NCBI GenBank assembly: GCA_050084515.1
Contig: CM114271.1
Span: forward strand, 35,774,001-35,838,000
Direction of reading: 5' to 3'
Origin: Blasia pusilla
Taxonomy: Eukaryota
DNA length: 64,000 bases
Shown here: positions 13,901 to 28,200 of the stretch, piece by piece
Layout: every line of letters starts with the position of its first letter
How positions within the stretch are numbered: position 1 is the first letter of the stretch
Position numbers and translations under genes: made by a program
The notes under the pieces: model-generated
Databases searched by the model: none
What the model was told of the DNA's origin: nothing
What the model saw: the letters and a program-made list of their open reading frames with translations, nothing else

Positions 13901-16219
13901 AATCTCCCTTCGCGATAGACCCCGAACTATTGGAGAAGAGAAAGGTATTAATCCGTTCCTTTGACCCATTCTTCCTGCTCAGTTGGCCTGATCGTCCGAG
14001 CCCTTCCTGTATCAGACGGTTGAAACCTCTCACGGTTGCCGAAGGCGAAGGTAGGAAGCGAGATCCTTGTGGAAAGGTCAAACTTGGATGCAGTATTTAT
14101 CGTGGATCCGGTTTCAAGGATGTAATTCCATTCGTTACGGACAGAAGAACGCTGGAGCCCACCTTGTCGACAACCGCGTGAGGAAAGCCAACGCAGTTAT
14201 TACTCACAGCCTGCTTTCGATCACCGTACATCCGAACGCCTCTTTTCATCGTCGTCTCGAAAGCTTTGTCATCACCGAGGTGGGAATCTGTGGGACGCAA
14301 GCCGATTCTCCTGCGCTGATCACAGATGATTATTCATCAAAGGATAGCACTGACTACAGATCTACGGAATCCCTCCTTTCTCCCAATCCTCGCTCCTCAT
14401 AGTCGACAACAGCACGGCTTCTCGGATGGCGTTACCGCAAAGCTAGGATGTGGATCGAAATGCCTTTTCAAGTCTTAGTCCTCGCACATCAGTCGCGTCC
14501 CCATGTTGCCACTCTTGTCTGCGCTCGGTCCATCTCAAGCGCAGCCTGACGGGTCCGCCAGCTTCGTTTTCCAGCTTTCGTTGGCACGGCTGTTAGCAAT
14601 ACCTCACCCCTTTCACGAGACCTCCAATGATTCACAGCGCTCGGTGCTAGATCCCGCGGGGCATTTCTCCAGGGAATCGTGTTCAGGATCAACAGGGACC
14701 CTCTCGTCGTCGAGCGATCGTGCGTCGTCGCGGGCTCCGTTACAGTCAGGTCATCCATCCTCTTCCGAATTACGGTCAGAAACACCCTCGGCGACAAAGG
14801 CGCATGAGCTGGAGGCACACGCCGCACATTCGATGTCGCTTGTTAGACTATATCGCTTACATGTGATCGATCGATGCGCTCCATCGATGACTCCTGAGTC
14901 CTGAATCCCGATTCTCGATTCCAGAATCCTGACTGAGAGCATTTTCCCCACCGACCGGTTTTTGCTTGTCTTCCCTTTCCCTCCGCTCGGAGTCTCGGGC
15001 GGACTCACTGACTGGGCCCATGTACCACAGTACCTGCCTCTGCAGTTGAATGAATGATCGGATACCCTTGATACGGGCACTTCCTTCGGGAACCGCACGA
15101 CTATGCCAAGCGGACGTCGCGATTCTACCTGCACGCAACGGTATTAAGGGATATCGACTACGGTCCGTCATTGTCTCCGTCCGCCAACCAGTCGGTCCAG
15201 GGACTCCGTCGACAGGTTCTGGCTGGGCCGTGTCGACTTTGTAGGAGGCAAGAGATCGACAAGAATTCTTCTTTCGGATGTTTCTTTATTTCGCTCGTTA
15301 AGAACGTTTCCCACCTCATTATGGCAGAAAGTAACTTTCTTATGCATAACCGTCCGTATCTTTCTTAGTGTGTTCGGATTGTTTTTTAATAATTTTAGAG
15401 TGCTTTTTTCAAGGTTTATATGATAAATTCAGAATTTGACATTTATGAATTGATTAAGATGGACGGAAGTGAAATTCAATTTGCTCCAAACCCCGTCCTT
15501 TTTTCTTTTAATAAACTCATGTAGGTTTTTAAACCCTTCCCTTCTTGACATGTACGAGACTATTTAATTAAGTGTTAACAAGAAGAAGTAATGGTTTTTT
15601 CACCCGCGGGCCGTACACTAGTAGCTATTATTGAAAATCCAACATGAAAGCCCCTACTTTCGAAAAATGTATCATTTTCATCCCTTATTCTTTGCTTTGA
15701 AAAAAGAATGAACTTTATTTCTCTTATTGATAAGGGGAAAAAGAAATCCCCTTCCCTTGTCAAACCACCATCTCCTCATTTATAAGAAAAAAATTTGTCA
15801 TCACTTTGAAAATGAATTTTTGCCTCACCATTGTTTTATTTCATCTTTACTTTTATCCACAAAAAAATTTTCTTCCAAAATAGAGTTAAATTTTCATTCC
15901 TCACTACATTACAAATTTCAAAATTTGTGGTTTTTTTTCAGAGGATAAAAAAATGATAAATAGGAGATTATTTTCAAAAATATAACTATCAAAGGCCTCT
16001 CTAATTTACATTAATGTAAAAACTAAATGATGGAACAAAAAACTATTAATTTGTTGTCCGTCCAATGCACTAACCTTCATATGGAAGGAAACGAAAAAAC
16101 CTAACATTTGGAGAATGATAAGATGAAACCATTGGACACATGTTGAATTATTTATAGACTTTGTCACATCTTAGTTAGTCGACAAGTAGAGTTTTACCGA
16201 GTCGACATCATAGAGGGTC

Positions 16220-16510
16220 CGTGGTTGCACAAAAATGGACATGAACGAACAAGTTTGGATATGTCCACAAGCATGGATTATAAGAGGTGGGGCCCATACT
16301 TATGGTTCATGATGGAAAGTAGGGCAAGGCCAAGTGAGGCAATAAGTGGGGAGGGAGTGGGGTAAGAGGGAGGAAGAAACGGGAAAATATGAAATATGTA
16401 GGCATGTGAGAGGAATGAGGAAGAAGGCGAAGATGGGGCCAATATGAACAAATCCTTGCATAAGACAAACATAAGTCCACGCACATGGACTTTGTCTACA
16501 TGCAACCTTG
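16220..16510. mobile_element. hAT-type MITE (CAAGGTTGCA...TGCAACCTTG family)
   Basis: Ends CGTGGTTGCA / TGCAACCTTG, flanked by an 8-bp TSD AGAGGGTC (16212-16219) / AGAGGGTT (16511-16518). Confidence 0.8.
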
Positions 16511-16529
16511 AGAGGGTTAGTGGTATGTT

Positions 16530-18899
16530 TGGATGTAATTTCGTCCTGAGATGTCGGATGAGGTTGGAGACACGTCCGTTGCGTCGAGAACATCAGTTCT
16601 GACCAACTTCCTATTTTGGTCTTTGTTAGCTAGACGACTCGTTGACTTAGTCAACAGTCATTTGGTAACCTATGTACGTAGGTAACCATTTGGAGGCTAT
16701 TTTTGGAGAAAGAGCCTTTTGGCTATAAGAGAGGGAGAGATAGCTTTCCCAAACCATTTTTCTCATGGTTGGCCTAAGGAACATCTCTCTTGCTTTGTAT
16801 GCTAGTGTTTGGATTCCCTCATTGCAGAGGGTAGATGTGGCTTGATATGCCGTTGTAAATTCAAGAGTGGAGATTGCCATGTGAGCAATTTTTTTATTGT
16901 GATTTTACATGAGAAAGATGACCGTGGTGGTAGGATTCCATCACAAATCAGAGGAGATGGAGGACGTGTACCCAATATGGAGCTCCTCACTTACATCAAT
17001 CAGTTGGACCAAAGAATTCTTGTCATGATGATGATGCAGCAAGTGACAAACATGGAGCCAAGAGTAGCTAGTGTGGCTCCAGCCTCCACATTGTATCAGG
17101 ATACAAGGGATGATTATACAGGCTTGAGGTCTATGTGTAGTGCGGCTCTTGTAGACACTTTTGCATTGGTGATTCTTGGTGTTACGAGAGTGATCGAACC
17201 ATAGAGAGGTGGGGTTGTGACCGACCCAGAGGAGGGAATCGATGGGCAACGGGCTAGGCTTTCCTAGTTGTCTACGTTGTTGGAGGTATTACATACACCA
17301 TTGATAGTGCCTAGATGACCAATGGTGCCTAGAGGTAGGATAGGTGTGTTGAAGTTAGAAGAAGTTGGATAGATGACTCCTATGCTGGCTCGGGTGGAGC
17401 CAATGTTAACCATGTTGTTGGAGGTGGCCATTAGGACAAGCCCGGATGTATTTTTTTTTGCCATAGAGTTGGCGATGATGAGATTTAGATCACCGGAGGT
17501 GTTCCGTCTGGCCGCCACCCTATGTGAGCATGGAGATGTGACTGCCTCTCATTCGGAGGTGGTTGTTAAGGAAGTAGTGGACCTATCCTCGGAGAAGGTG
17601 CTCATGACATCCCCCACTCATTCATAGCACACTACGGCAATAAAGTTGGTGGATATGCCAACTCGACTAGCCATATAGCGAGCCATAGTGATACTTGATA
17701 TGGTGTTGTTGGATAACCGACCTGAAGCGTTTTGCTTGGTTAGTCCCACAGGTACGGTATATTACCCACAGCGCGTTCTACTTGATTCGGGAGCACATCC
17801 CTAGCTTGATGTTAGGGAAGGCGGCGTGTTTGGCATTGGGGTTTTCAGAAGGCGACATTGAGCCTTGTCCCTTTCAGATACAGACCTCTATTGGGAGTGT
17901 GTCCATCCACGTACTACATAATTGGACAAGAGTGAGTTGTTAGACTCCAACCATAGCATGAATAGGATAGTATGATAGTGCACACTTAGGAGATAATGAC
18001 ATCGGCAGAGTCGTATGATGTATTGGTAGGGAATACGATCTTGAACCCTCTTGGTTTCATCCTTGATTTTTGGGAGAAGATGATTTTTAATCTATGAAGG
18101 TGGCAATCGGGTGATGGATGGATGAGTCATTGACTTGTATGGTTTGCAAGGTAGTGGTTATCTACGAGGTGATGCCGTGACCATGTTGGCAGCATTCAAA
18201 AGTAGGGAGTAGTGGGCAATGGAGTTGCTAGAGGGGAGCATCTATACAGAGCACATCTTGGTAGCGGATAGCCCCACAAAGAGATATGCCAAGGTGGGTG
18301 TATCTTCCCAAGGTGTGTAGACCTCTTTACCGTTGTGGGTACGAGTGTTGATTAGCAGAAGAGTGCATATGAGCTCGTGAGGTAAACATAGAGTCGTGTC
18401 TGTGTCTTGGAGCAAACAAAGTCAAGTGAGAATCATGCTCTTGGAGTGGAAACTTGATATCTTCGGATACCACACATGTTATGTGACAACGTATGGCAAC
18501 GTCTCAAGAGTGTTGGATCTCTTCGAAGGGATCAAAACGGCAAGTAGTTGCTGTGTTGCAGGATGACATTCGAATACATCGATATCTCTAGGTGGAGATA
18601 GATGAGATGGAGCCACGGACAAGAATATGTTCAGAGATGTTATAGAGATGATGGCACTGAAGGTGCTAAATGTGTATAGAGTAGTAGATCATGTCAAATA
18701 GATGTGATGTGTGCTATATAGAGTTAGGGAGACCCAACTACCAACTAGGGGGCGATTGTGCGGTCTCCATGTACATGCATGAGTTTACTTTTGTATGTGT
18801 GTGGATCTACCCTTATGTTGGGAAGATCGATGTTATGTGATGTGGATGTGACTACCAATGTGGATTGTGGATTGTGTAGCAATATGTACGCGCTCGACA
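16530..18899 (+). mobile_element. Old, internally deleted copy of the DNMT-gypsy family (A remnant, gag-end/protease, start of DNMT, B repeat)
   Basis: 16530-16920 resembles the A repeat at 53855-54275. 17260-18100 resembles the gag/protease region (EVFRLAATLCEHG). ~18510-18610 reads VLDLFEGI...VEIDE (DNMT motifs I/II). 18755-18899 resembles the B repeat and ends CGACA. Confidence 0.8.
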
Positions 18900-20167
18900 A
18901 GTTTAACAACCAAAAAGTTGACCTAAACATAGTTTTTTTAAGTTCCACTTGAATATTAATGATAATGAAATTTAGCTTTGGAAAAAAACCAAAGAGTTAT
19001 TATATGGTAAAATAAAATAAAATTTATGAGACTTAACAAACTGGTAAAAATGGAATCTTCTTGAAAATAAGGAAAATAAGGTGGAGGGTTTTTAATAATT
19101 GAAGGCAATCAGAATATTAACCCTTATATTATTTTCATAATTTCTCCAAAAAAGTATGATCGAATTTTTAACGGCCCCTACAAGAAGTCAATTCCAAGTG
19201 CAGAGCTTGCAGAATGCAAGTTATTCTGCATGCTTCTAGATTGTAGGATATGAGTTTTTAATGATCCGATGTTAGCATCCGTGCTAGTTTTAATTACGGA
19301 CTCTTCAAGTTCCTCTTGTTTTTTTCTTGGCCGTCTAGACTATCCACGTGTCCTATACACGTATGAACTAACTACTCTCGTCTCCACTGAGATCACCCTC
19401 GTCCGTCGTAGAGGCCGCACACTGGTTCTTCATTAATACGATACAGAAAAGTATCACAGTTCCTTCTTTAGCCGTGTCTCGATTCTTGTTCTTCAACGCC
19501 GTGTAACTCCCGCCTATTAGTGTTTTCAAACTCCTCCGTCATAAAACTCAAAACCCGAAAAAGAAGCCGCATATTGGTTTCTTGAAAACTAGGAAAAATA
19601 AGGGGAAATAATTATGGATCGTGATTGGAATAATTCTATTTTCTTACCTTGTTCCTTGTTTTGAGGATTTACCCGGATGATCCCAAAACTTGTAAATAAT
19701 ATTTGAAATAATGAAAAGAAGTGGGGACAATTCATGGTGGAAGGTGATAAGGATCATACCAATTTTTCTCCTCATCACATACCTAAATCATAGATTCTTT
19801 TCCATCACATAATGGTGACTGTGTGACTCCAATCACCTTTATCAAATTATTTCTCCCCTTTTTTCCCTTTCCCCTTATTCCCAAGAAAAAAAATCCAAAT
19901 TTTGAAGATGGAAATTTACAAAAAGATGGGGAAAGGTGATTGGAATCAAAAAGTGTATGACCCCAATCACACTTTATCACAAACCTTTTTTTTTCTGAAT
20001 TGAAATTTAATACCAAATTCATCTTATGAAATATGAAGAGAATAATTAACATGGGCAAAAGAAATAAGGATGCCAAGTTGATGAGGATTTTTTCTTGATG
20101 CATGTAGGATGAGAAAAAGGTCATATTGGTAAGTACCTTAAGAAAACAAATCAGTAGGCTACTTGGA

Positions 20168-20170
<3 letters not shown>

Positions 20171-20198
<28 letters not shown>
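20171..20198. repeat. (GA)n microsatellite
   Basis: Direct reading of the run. Confidence 0.9.
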
Positions 20199-21081
20199 TA
20201 GTCGCTACATACTCACACATATATTTTTTGTCTTGTGTATACCTTGTGAATGAAACACAAGTAATTTTTGAGTGTAAGAATATACCTCATTTGACTCACA
20301 CAATATTTTACTTTTTGTTGGTCCTTTGCAAAATTTTCAAATTGTGAGCCACAATGGTTAATTGATAAGTCGAGCAATCGTAAATTCTCCAATGCTTTGT
20401 AGCTCTTCTGCAAGTATACTACAATTTTGATTACTCGCAAGACCAAAAAAATTGGGAGTATTTTTTATATTAGTTTTATATATCAAAGTTTTAGTACCTC
20501 AAGTTAGTGAACGATGGATAATTTTTTTCATCTTAAGGTTTATACCTTAGTGAGTCTTGGTTGGAGTTTGGTTTAACATAATGTTCATGTGATCATGAGA
20601 CTAACCTTTTCCCAAGTATAGTATTTTTTGCAAATAGTCATGATAGTAATTGCTTCGATGAATTACGAATGCATGATTAGGAATGATTACTATTTTTTTC
20701 CCCGTTGTAGGAGAATTTTTTATGTTAGTTAATGACATTGTTTGTTCCATTTCACATTGCATCGTCTTTGATACACATATATTGTAAATGTTTTGTTTTA
20801 CAATTCAAACATGTGTTAGGTTAATTGAACCTAATTCTATGTCTATGATTTTATTCAATTGATCAAATAAAGCTCTATTGAGCACCACTCCTCTCTATAA
20901 TTAAAATTTTCTTGTTTTTTTGTATTACCCTAAAAATTTAAATCTTTGGAATTGAAATAGATTTTATTTTTATTTATTTTTTCATGCATCAATTCCAGAA
21001 ATCTCTCTTTGGTGAAAATTTTAATCTAAATTTCTAAACTAAGCTGATAGGTTCATTTTGAATCCTCTTCTACTTCGGGAA

Positions 21082-22070
21082 CAAGGTTGCACGGAAACCG
21101 ACATGTTTGACCCGATTAGGCACTTTATCTCCAATCAAACATCATTGAATGATGAAAATATGTGGTTTGAGCCCAAAGACAAGTTGGAGCGGCTCATTTT
21201 TTGTTGTGTGGTAGGGATGGTAGGCTCTAGGCATGGGCAAGCTGGGCTCTATGTGAAGATGTAGGCACAACCATTGATAATTATACATTTATAGAAGGGT
21301 ATGAAGGGTAGGTGCATGCTCTCGACGGGCTAATGATACTTGCATCAATCAACGGCGCCCGCAGCTCTCAAGGCGGGCAAAGTTAATCATTAGTTGCATG
21401 GCTTCCGAGAAATAAGAAAAGTGCAAGCTCGAGGCGCATGTTTGACCCGCAGCTTGAGGCGGGTAGGTCCACGCTAGGGCAGGCAGGCGCATGCTCAAGG
21501 TTTATATCTATTGGGCGCAGGATAGGGCGGCAGTGCTAGGCTAGGGGTGGGAAAAGTGCAAGTGCGGCTCAGCTTGAGGCGGTAGGCCGGGCGCGACTAG
21601 GTATATCAAGCGCAGGCTCAGAGCTGATTGGGCGCCGGTTATGGTGGGCAGATGCGGGCTCAAGGTAGGCGGGGGCTCGAGGCGGGCAGGTGAGGGCTCA
21701 AGGCAAGTAGGTGCGGCCTCTCGGCGGGCAGGTGCGGGCTGAAGGCTGATTGGGCGCGGGCTCTAGACAGGTAGGTGCAAGCTCAGGGCGAGCAGAGCGC
21801 ATGAATGCATAGGCTCGAGGGTCCGCAATAATTTGGTCCGTTGGAAAAAAAATTGGTCCGCCAGACCAAATTTTGTGGGCCTTGAGTTGCGGGACTTGTG
21901 CCCGCACCCAGGGCTTGCATCGAGCCCTCCCAGGCCGGGCTGCGGGGCTGTGAGCCTTGAGTTGCGGACACAGACTTTGTCCGTGTGCAACAAGTCTTTC
22001 TATAGGACGGACATAAATCCACGGAAATGGACATGTCAGCGGACACGGACTTTGCTCATATGCAACCTTT
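21082..22070. mobile_element. Longer hAT-type MITE-family copy with GC-rich repetitive interior
   Basis: Starts CAAGGTTGCACGGAAACCGACATG and ends ...GGACTTTGCTCATATGCAACCTT. TSD not clearly preserved. Confidence 0.7.
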
Positions 22071-23693
22071 GGGGGGAGGTTCTTTGTATGGGATATTTGA
22101 AAATGAGTTCAAGATCTAGTTTGATTGTTCCTAACTATGAAATACCAACAATGTTCCAATTTGGGTGATAAAACTCCCACCATCCTAAGCAAGATCTTAC
22201 ATTGACGTACCACTTTTGGATAATCCAAGACAAGGCGCAAAATTAAATAGACATGCAAAGATTTGTGTATCAAGTCCTTTGTAAAGGACCGAGTACAAAG
22301 TATTGAAAACCAATGAGCCATAAGAAGAAGAAAATAAATTTTCAAAATAATTTACATCTGTTGATATTGGTTGGTTGGATTGACATAGAGATCGTAATAA
22401 GCTTGGAAACTTTGGTCACTGTAAGTGTTAGGCAAGGTGTTCCACGTTCATGGAGAATAATTTATATAAAGGAGGCTATTTAATTTTCTTGGAGTAAAAA
22501 AACCTTCCCTTCAAAAGAATTCTTACATGTCAAAATATTTTCACTACTTAAGTTTTGGACCCATTAAAGGGGTGAAAATATTCACATGTTACTTATATGA
22601 TAGTCCCTTTCCAAAGTCTTATAGTCTTGCATTGAAGTTTCACTTTATTATTTTGGGATCACGTAATTAAAGGCTCATAGGAAAAAAAGAAAGTAGAGCA
22701 CCTAAAAAAGGTTGTTGTCTCACCTAGTGTCATGTAACCTACGTTAATCAAAAGAGATGTAACCTCCACGATCACAAAATCCATATCTTAAGGGGCAAGG
22801 GGTAAGGCATCAATTTGCCATGAAGCCAAGGTGTATTCCCCCTCATTTCGTGTTTTGATCACAAAGTTAATCTCGCCCTCCGAAGTGAATATTCTTATTT
22901 TTGTGATGGAATTCTACTAATTATCTTTTTTTATAAAATATCTCACAAGAAATTATCTACGTTATCTAAATTGAAAATATACTAGGTGTTTAGATATGAA
23001 ATAAAAAAGAAAAAACACACGGTGACCGTCGACACAACTACCGTGGGACTCATCGAACAGATGACCGGAAGCCCGAAGGTGGGCCCCCCCAACTGTCTGA
23101 TCTCATCTCCACCCGGAAGCCATGCGAAAGCCTCTATGGCCATGATTGAAGGATCTTCTCTTACGTGCGTGGTCTAATGACAGTATGGACGGAGAGGACA
23201 AACTGACTAAAATATTTATGTATTAAAAAGGTTCAATTGACGACAAATACGTTGCACGCGAGTGACGGGACAAAGTCACAAGATAATTCCACACTCCTTT
23301 GGTCTCGTTAAGTGGCCCGTTCAGTATCTTCAATTGAAGCTATTGAACGAAAAGTTTGAACGAGTTCGTCGCGAGGGCGAGGTGGATGGCAGAGAGGTTT
23401 AAAGGTTAGGAGGTGTGAGCGGTTGATTGACGTTGGTGTACAAGTGCACGCCGCCGCCGCTGCTGCCGCATTAGAGTTTGTGATGGCTGAGTGATGTAAC
23501 GGAGGTCTGCCAGAGATCGCAATTGAGGAACTCGGTCTGCCAATTCGGGCAGGAGTAGCACCGGGTGCAAGGTGGAAAGCTGCTGAATTCTACAGTGTTG
23601 TATAGTTTGTTGCGGATCAGGGTCGAATTTCAGAAATTCAAATATCTGTCTGGTCCGGGTAGTACCGGGCATTGCTTTCAATTTTTGAGGACG

Positions 23694-26234
23694 ATGGCTA
23701 CCAGTACATCGAATGCAGGGACCAGAATACTTCCGTTTCTTGTCCACTTGTCATCGTTTTGCTGGTGAGTTTTTAACATTCTTCTTCTCCTTTCAGACTT
23801 AGTTTTTCTCCTTTCTTCGGAGAATCGTGATTTGCATTTTAACGCTTATGACGTGGCTTTCACCCGTGGATAATGGAAGATTTGATCGATTCTTTACATA
23901 AACGAAATTTTTGGGGAGAATCTCTACACGATTGGTGGTTGTTCAAACGACTGCTCATTCTCTTCTCATGGCAATTATGTGCCACATGTACATTTTGACT
24001 CAGGCTGTGAGAACTAGTTTGGCTCATAGGCTGTCGTTGAAATCGTACAGGCCTCGGGTTCTGTTTGGGGAAATTAGTTTCATTCTAGAATAGGCGGAAC
24101 GAAATACTTGCTCCACGTTTCTGACGCAGGGAAAAGTAGAATCTACTCTTTCTTAACATGTACCCATGCGCTTGATCTGAGTCCTTGATCTAGCTCTTGT
24201 AATATCAGCCAGTGCCTTTCATTGGAAGTGCGCTATGAGTGGTTCAGCACGGGTGTACTAGTTTGCGGGAATTCCCAAGAATATGCGTTTCTTTTCTAAA
24301 GATTGGTGCAGTTTTTGAAAGTGTGCACTCCTCACTGAAGTCGCTTGAAGCCCGTAAGCACCTCACCCTGGTGTAGGACATATGAGAGTGATCTATGAAT
24401 GTTTTACTTAAGCACCGAACACGATTGGAGAGATGAGTACCGTCACTTCAGTTCAAGACATACGTCGGGTTGCCTTGGAATCGAAAGGGTCATCGCTCCG
24501 TAAGCTTCAACGTTAACCACGACAGTACGAGATTCAGTCGAATTCTATCGCGTTTAGCATGCAAGGAGAATCAGCAGAATACTCTCATCATTCAGATAAT
24601 CTTGAAGTCTCGAATTGAAAGTGTATATGGCCTTTCTTTCACGTAACATCGAGCCACCTCTTGTGAAGACGGTAATTTGGCCCCAAGACAACTGTCGCAC
24701 AGGGTAATTTGGCCCTTCGCATATATGGTCATAATTTCCGGTTTACAGAAATCCGAGGGAACGGTTAAGGAGAGAAGGACCAAAATTCAGTTCGTCCACG
24801 ATCGACGTAATTGAACGTGACGACCCATGGTTCAGAAAGTCAGATCTTAGCCAGAGATTTTCATTAATGGTGTCAAGTGACCCGTGCCACATTTTACAAG
24901 TAGGTTGAGCAGGTCCAGGTTGTGTAGGAGTGCCAGGATGGAATATTAGCGTTGAACTTCTCCAAACGCCTATTTGACTCTCTTTATGATGGTCTGAAGG
25001 TTTCTATGCGTTTTGCTGTGGCACTGGGGCGAGGATGCCGCCAAACTTCCCGAGTCAAAAGATTTCGGTTGGTTTTACAAGGTGCGAATCGGGCCTCTTT
25101 GCATCAGCAAGTTATTTAACGACTGTTCTCACTAAGTTGGTAACAAGAAGGCTTCTTTTTATTTGTAGTTTCACGGGCCGTTCTCTTGAGTAAAGATCTT
25201 AGGTCTAAAAGGTTCCTGAGATTCTGAACGTTGAAATCTTACTAACGGCTGTTTTTACAAACTCGAATTGAATGGCAGTATTTGACATTCTGCGGGTTCA
25301 ATTTCCAAGTTTTCACGCTTTTTGTGGTGATGTGTACCTACATCTTTCCTCTGGTACGTGACTGTTACTGTCGTTTCCCCCAATACAATAACGGAACACA
25401 GAAATTTTCTTCTGTAGTACCAGGAGGAACATACGCATTTTGGATTTTGTTAGCTTCATGAGGAATAAACGAAATGTGAATCGGGGTTATTGTCAGTGAA
25501 TAGAACTCCGGTCCTTGGTACGAGTGGAAAAGGGGAAAGAATGTCAGTCAGTCCGACGATGAATTTTCCCGCCAAGCAAAAGAAAAGTCCCATTCCGATC
25601 AATGATGGAGATTGCCTTCAACTCTTTGACGTCAGATGAGGTTGGTGTCGAGCAGTTGAGTTCATACAAAATGTAGTGAATGGCTTCGGGTCGAAAATTG
25701 ACTGACTTGAGGCCTGAATTACAGAGTAAAACGCTGAAACAAGTTGCTGATGATATGTCATGCGCATCCTTCCAAATTGCGAACTCTATATCACTACTGT
25801 ATTGGGGTGTTTTGGTCGCCACTCTCAAGTCTCTTGAGATCAAAACGGAAGGAGGCCTCCAAATAAGTCTCTCTCATGGCATGTAAGGCGTCACTTTTTC
25901 ATCTTCAAGTTGTGGAGTTCCACGACTGTTGTGAACTCGCTTATATGGATTCTTCTAGTCATTTGTTATCACTCGTTTCGTCTTTTTTCTTGTGCTAATT
26001 TCAAGCGCATCTTACAGGAACAATGGTGCTCCTGCGTTTATAAATCTGTCTGTGCATCTGCTTAACTCCATCGTAGTTTGGACTGACTTAAGGATTGCTG
26101 AGCGCTCGTTCCGGTATGTACTTGTTTTATTTTCTTGTCTATTTCACCTCCAAGAGGCAATGAACCTAATTACGGCCTTAACTCTCTAAGAATCATTTTT
26201 ATGCAGAGCACTCTCCTTTGGTCACCTAGGATGA
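23694..26234 (+). CDS. FAR-17a/AIG1-like (AIG1/ADTRP family) membrane protein; exons 23694-23764, 25000-25081, 25279-25353, 25725-25882, 26018-26113, tentative 26207-26234
   Basis: GT-AG introns with matching phases give MATSTSNAGTRILPFLVHLSSFCWFLCVLLWHWGEDAAKLPESKDFGWFYKYLTFCGFNFQ...ISLLYWGV...INLSVHLLNSIVVWTDL. FGWFYKYLT and H-x-x-N match my recollection of the family's Thr/His motifs. The last exon is uncertain. Confidence 0.75.
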
Positions 26235-27299
26235 AAGCATATGCGTACTCATATCCACCATTGTTTGTCTCCTCATCTCTACTAATCCATATCTCATCTC
26301 ATTAATTCCTACTCACCATCCCACCGTCTCAGGGGCTGGCAGCCTAGTTTCAGAAAAAACAAAATCCTCTCGCTGTAGAGAAGAGTAAGTCTCGGGTATG
26401 TCAGTACAGACTGCAGCTTTTCACGGTAAAGTAGAGCCCTGAAAGCACGAGCAATTCTGTAAGTTGACTTTGTGGGCCGCCAGTTTCGTAAGCATGCATG
26501 AATGCACGCTTCCCAATCAGCTTACGCCTTGAGTTCTCAAATTAGAGGGCTTATGTGGACGTATAACTAACTCCACTGTCGTTATTCCGGCTTAAGAGAA
26601 CAAGAAATGCCTGGGATCACAAAAGCCGTCTCTCAAGATGGAAGGAAGCTTCAGATCTACAAATATCACATAAATCCGGAGCAGGCTTGCTCGATATCCC
26701 TACCCTGGCTCTAATAAGGTCAGTTCAACTCGCAATCTGTGTCAACCTACAGCAAATAAGCATCGTAGTGGCTGTCTTGTAAGACAGTCACGGTTTGTGA
26801 AATCTTCCAAGACAATCTATATAACCCAAGAGATTGTATGGTAACGAGGATGGTTGGGTATGAAGTACCTTTCCAATCGGGATTGGAGAACAGGTCACAC
26901 ATATCCCGACTGTCCTAGAATCCAATGGATGTACAGCTTGAATGTTTACTCAGGGAGACGGAACCTGAGTACGGAATCACTAACTCTGAACATATTCTTC
27001 TATCCAGCAGATGGGGATGCATAGGATGTTTCTCGGTGAACAATTTGTGTTTCTATATAATATTACTTCCAGGAACGAGTGATGGTGGTCTCTCTGCACT
27101 AACGTAACTATTCACAAAATAGACATCAACCTAACTTCCATATCTAGAGGCGTTGCAATCAAGAAATCAATGAGTAGATGATAAGAGATAAAGTCACCGA
27201 AGTGAGGATACTTGTTGAGTTCTCAAACTTAGGCAAGTTAGAAAATTCAAGTCTGCCTAACACCATACTCGTCGATGTATAATCCAGGGCCAGAGATCC

Positions 27300-28200
27300 T
27301 TCCACCAACAGGTGAAGGCAAAGTTAAATGTGTGTCCAGTCAAGGGAACGTGCTATCGGCATGCCATTCAACCTGGTTTTCATCGAGGGATAGTAGAACC
27401 TTCATCTTCGATGACCCCAAATCAATCTGTCATCTTCATTCACACGCTGTAAGCATTACCAGACCGCTAGGTGTTTTCATAACTGTAGCATGAAACTTCC
27501 AGCCAGTATTTCTCCATAAAGCCTAACAGAAATAGTTCTGTTGATCACCTCGAAGTGCATCGATCTTGGTTTCTGAATCGAAGACACAAAGCAGCCTACC
27601 TAGGTCTTCACTGTTTCTCCCTAGGGTCATTGAGATACATGTATCAACTACTGTCACTATCGTAAGATAAATGATGAGAGACAGCTTATCTGGGATACGA
27701 TTAATTTCTCAGAACCACACATGGAGTATAAGAATGACTTAAAGTTGGGTAGAAAGATGCAGGGTTTTTCAAGATGAATAAGTTGTAAATCGACTCGGAG
27801 ACTTTATCTCACGGCTTGCTCTCTCGATATTGCAAATGCAGGACACAGGGATTCTTGATTGCAGGCGCTTTTGGGGTCTTATATATGATCTGGTCTCAGT
27901 ACGCCACCTCGATAAACAAGGTGTGTTGGTCTGCTTGATATCCATATAATTTTTATGGAAGATCGTTTGCATAATTCTAGCTCGATTTCCTGCTAATGTA
28001 CCTGAGTGAATGCAACCAATTGGTCTCTGTCGGCCCATGGGCATAAGAATTTTATAGAAATGCATAGCGTAGTACCAGCCCTTCCAAATCTCTGAGGAGC
28101 TGCAAGAGCTGGATTTAGAGACAGGACAGGTTCAAAAGCTCGAGTAATTGATTTTCCTCTTAACCGTGCAAGAACAAGCGTCATTTCTCAGATTAAGAAC
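27300..28200 (-). pseudogene. Possible very decayed non-LTR retrotransposon RT remnant
   Basis: Minus-strand fragments in RT-like order (QRFGRAGTT; DPKSACN; GRNSEDLGRLL; NEDDRLIWG), all degenerate and frame-broken. Confidence 0.25.

Noticed and set aside
13700-15250. Several 100-130 aa ORFs in a gene-like GC-richer region
   Set aside because: No recognisable domain or consistent exon chain; could be a UTR or non-coding transcript, but unsupported.
26689-26720. YPYPGSNK as a missing AIG1 exon
   Set aside because: In-frame stop shortly upstream and no convincing phase-compatible acceptor.
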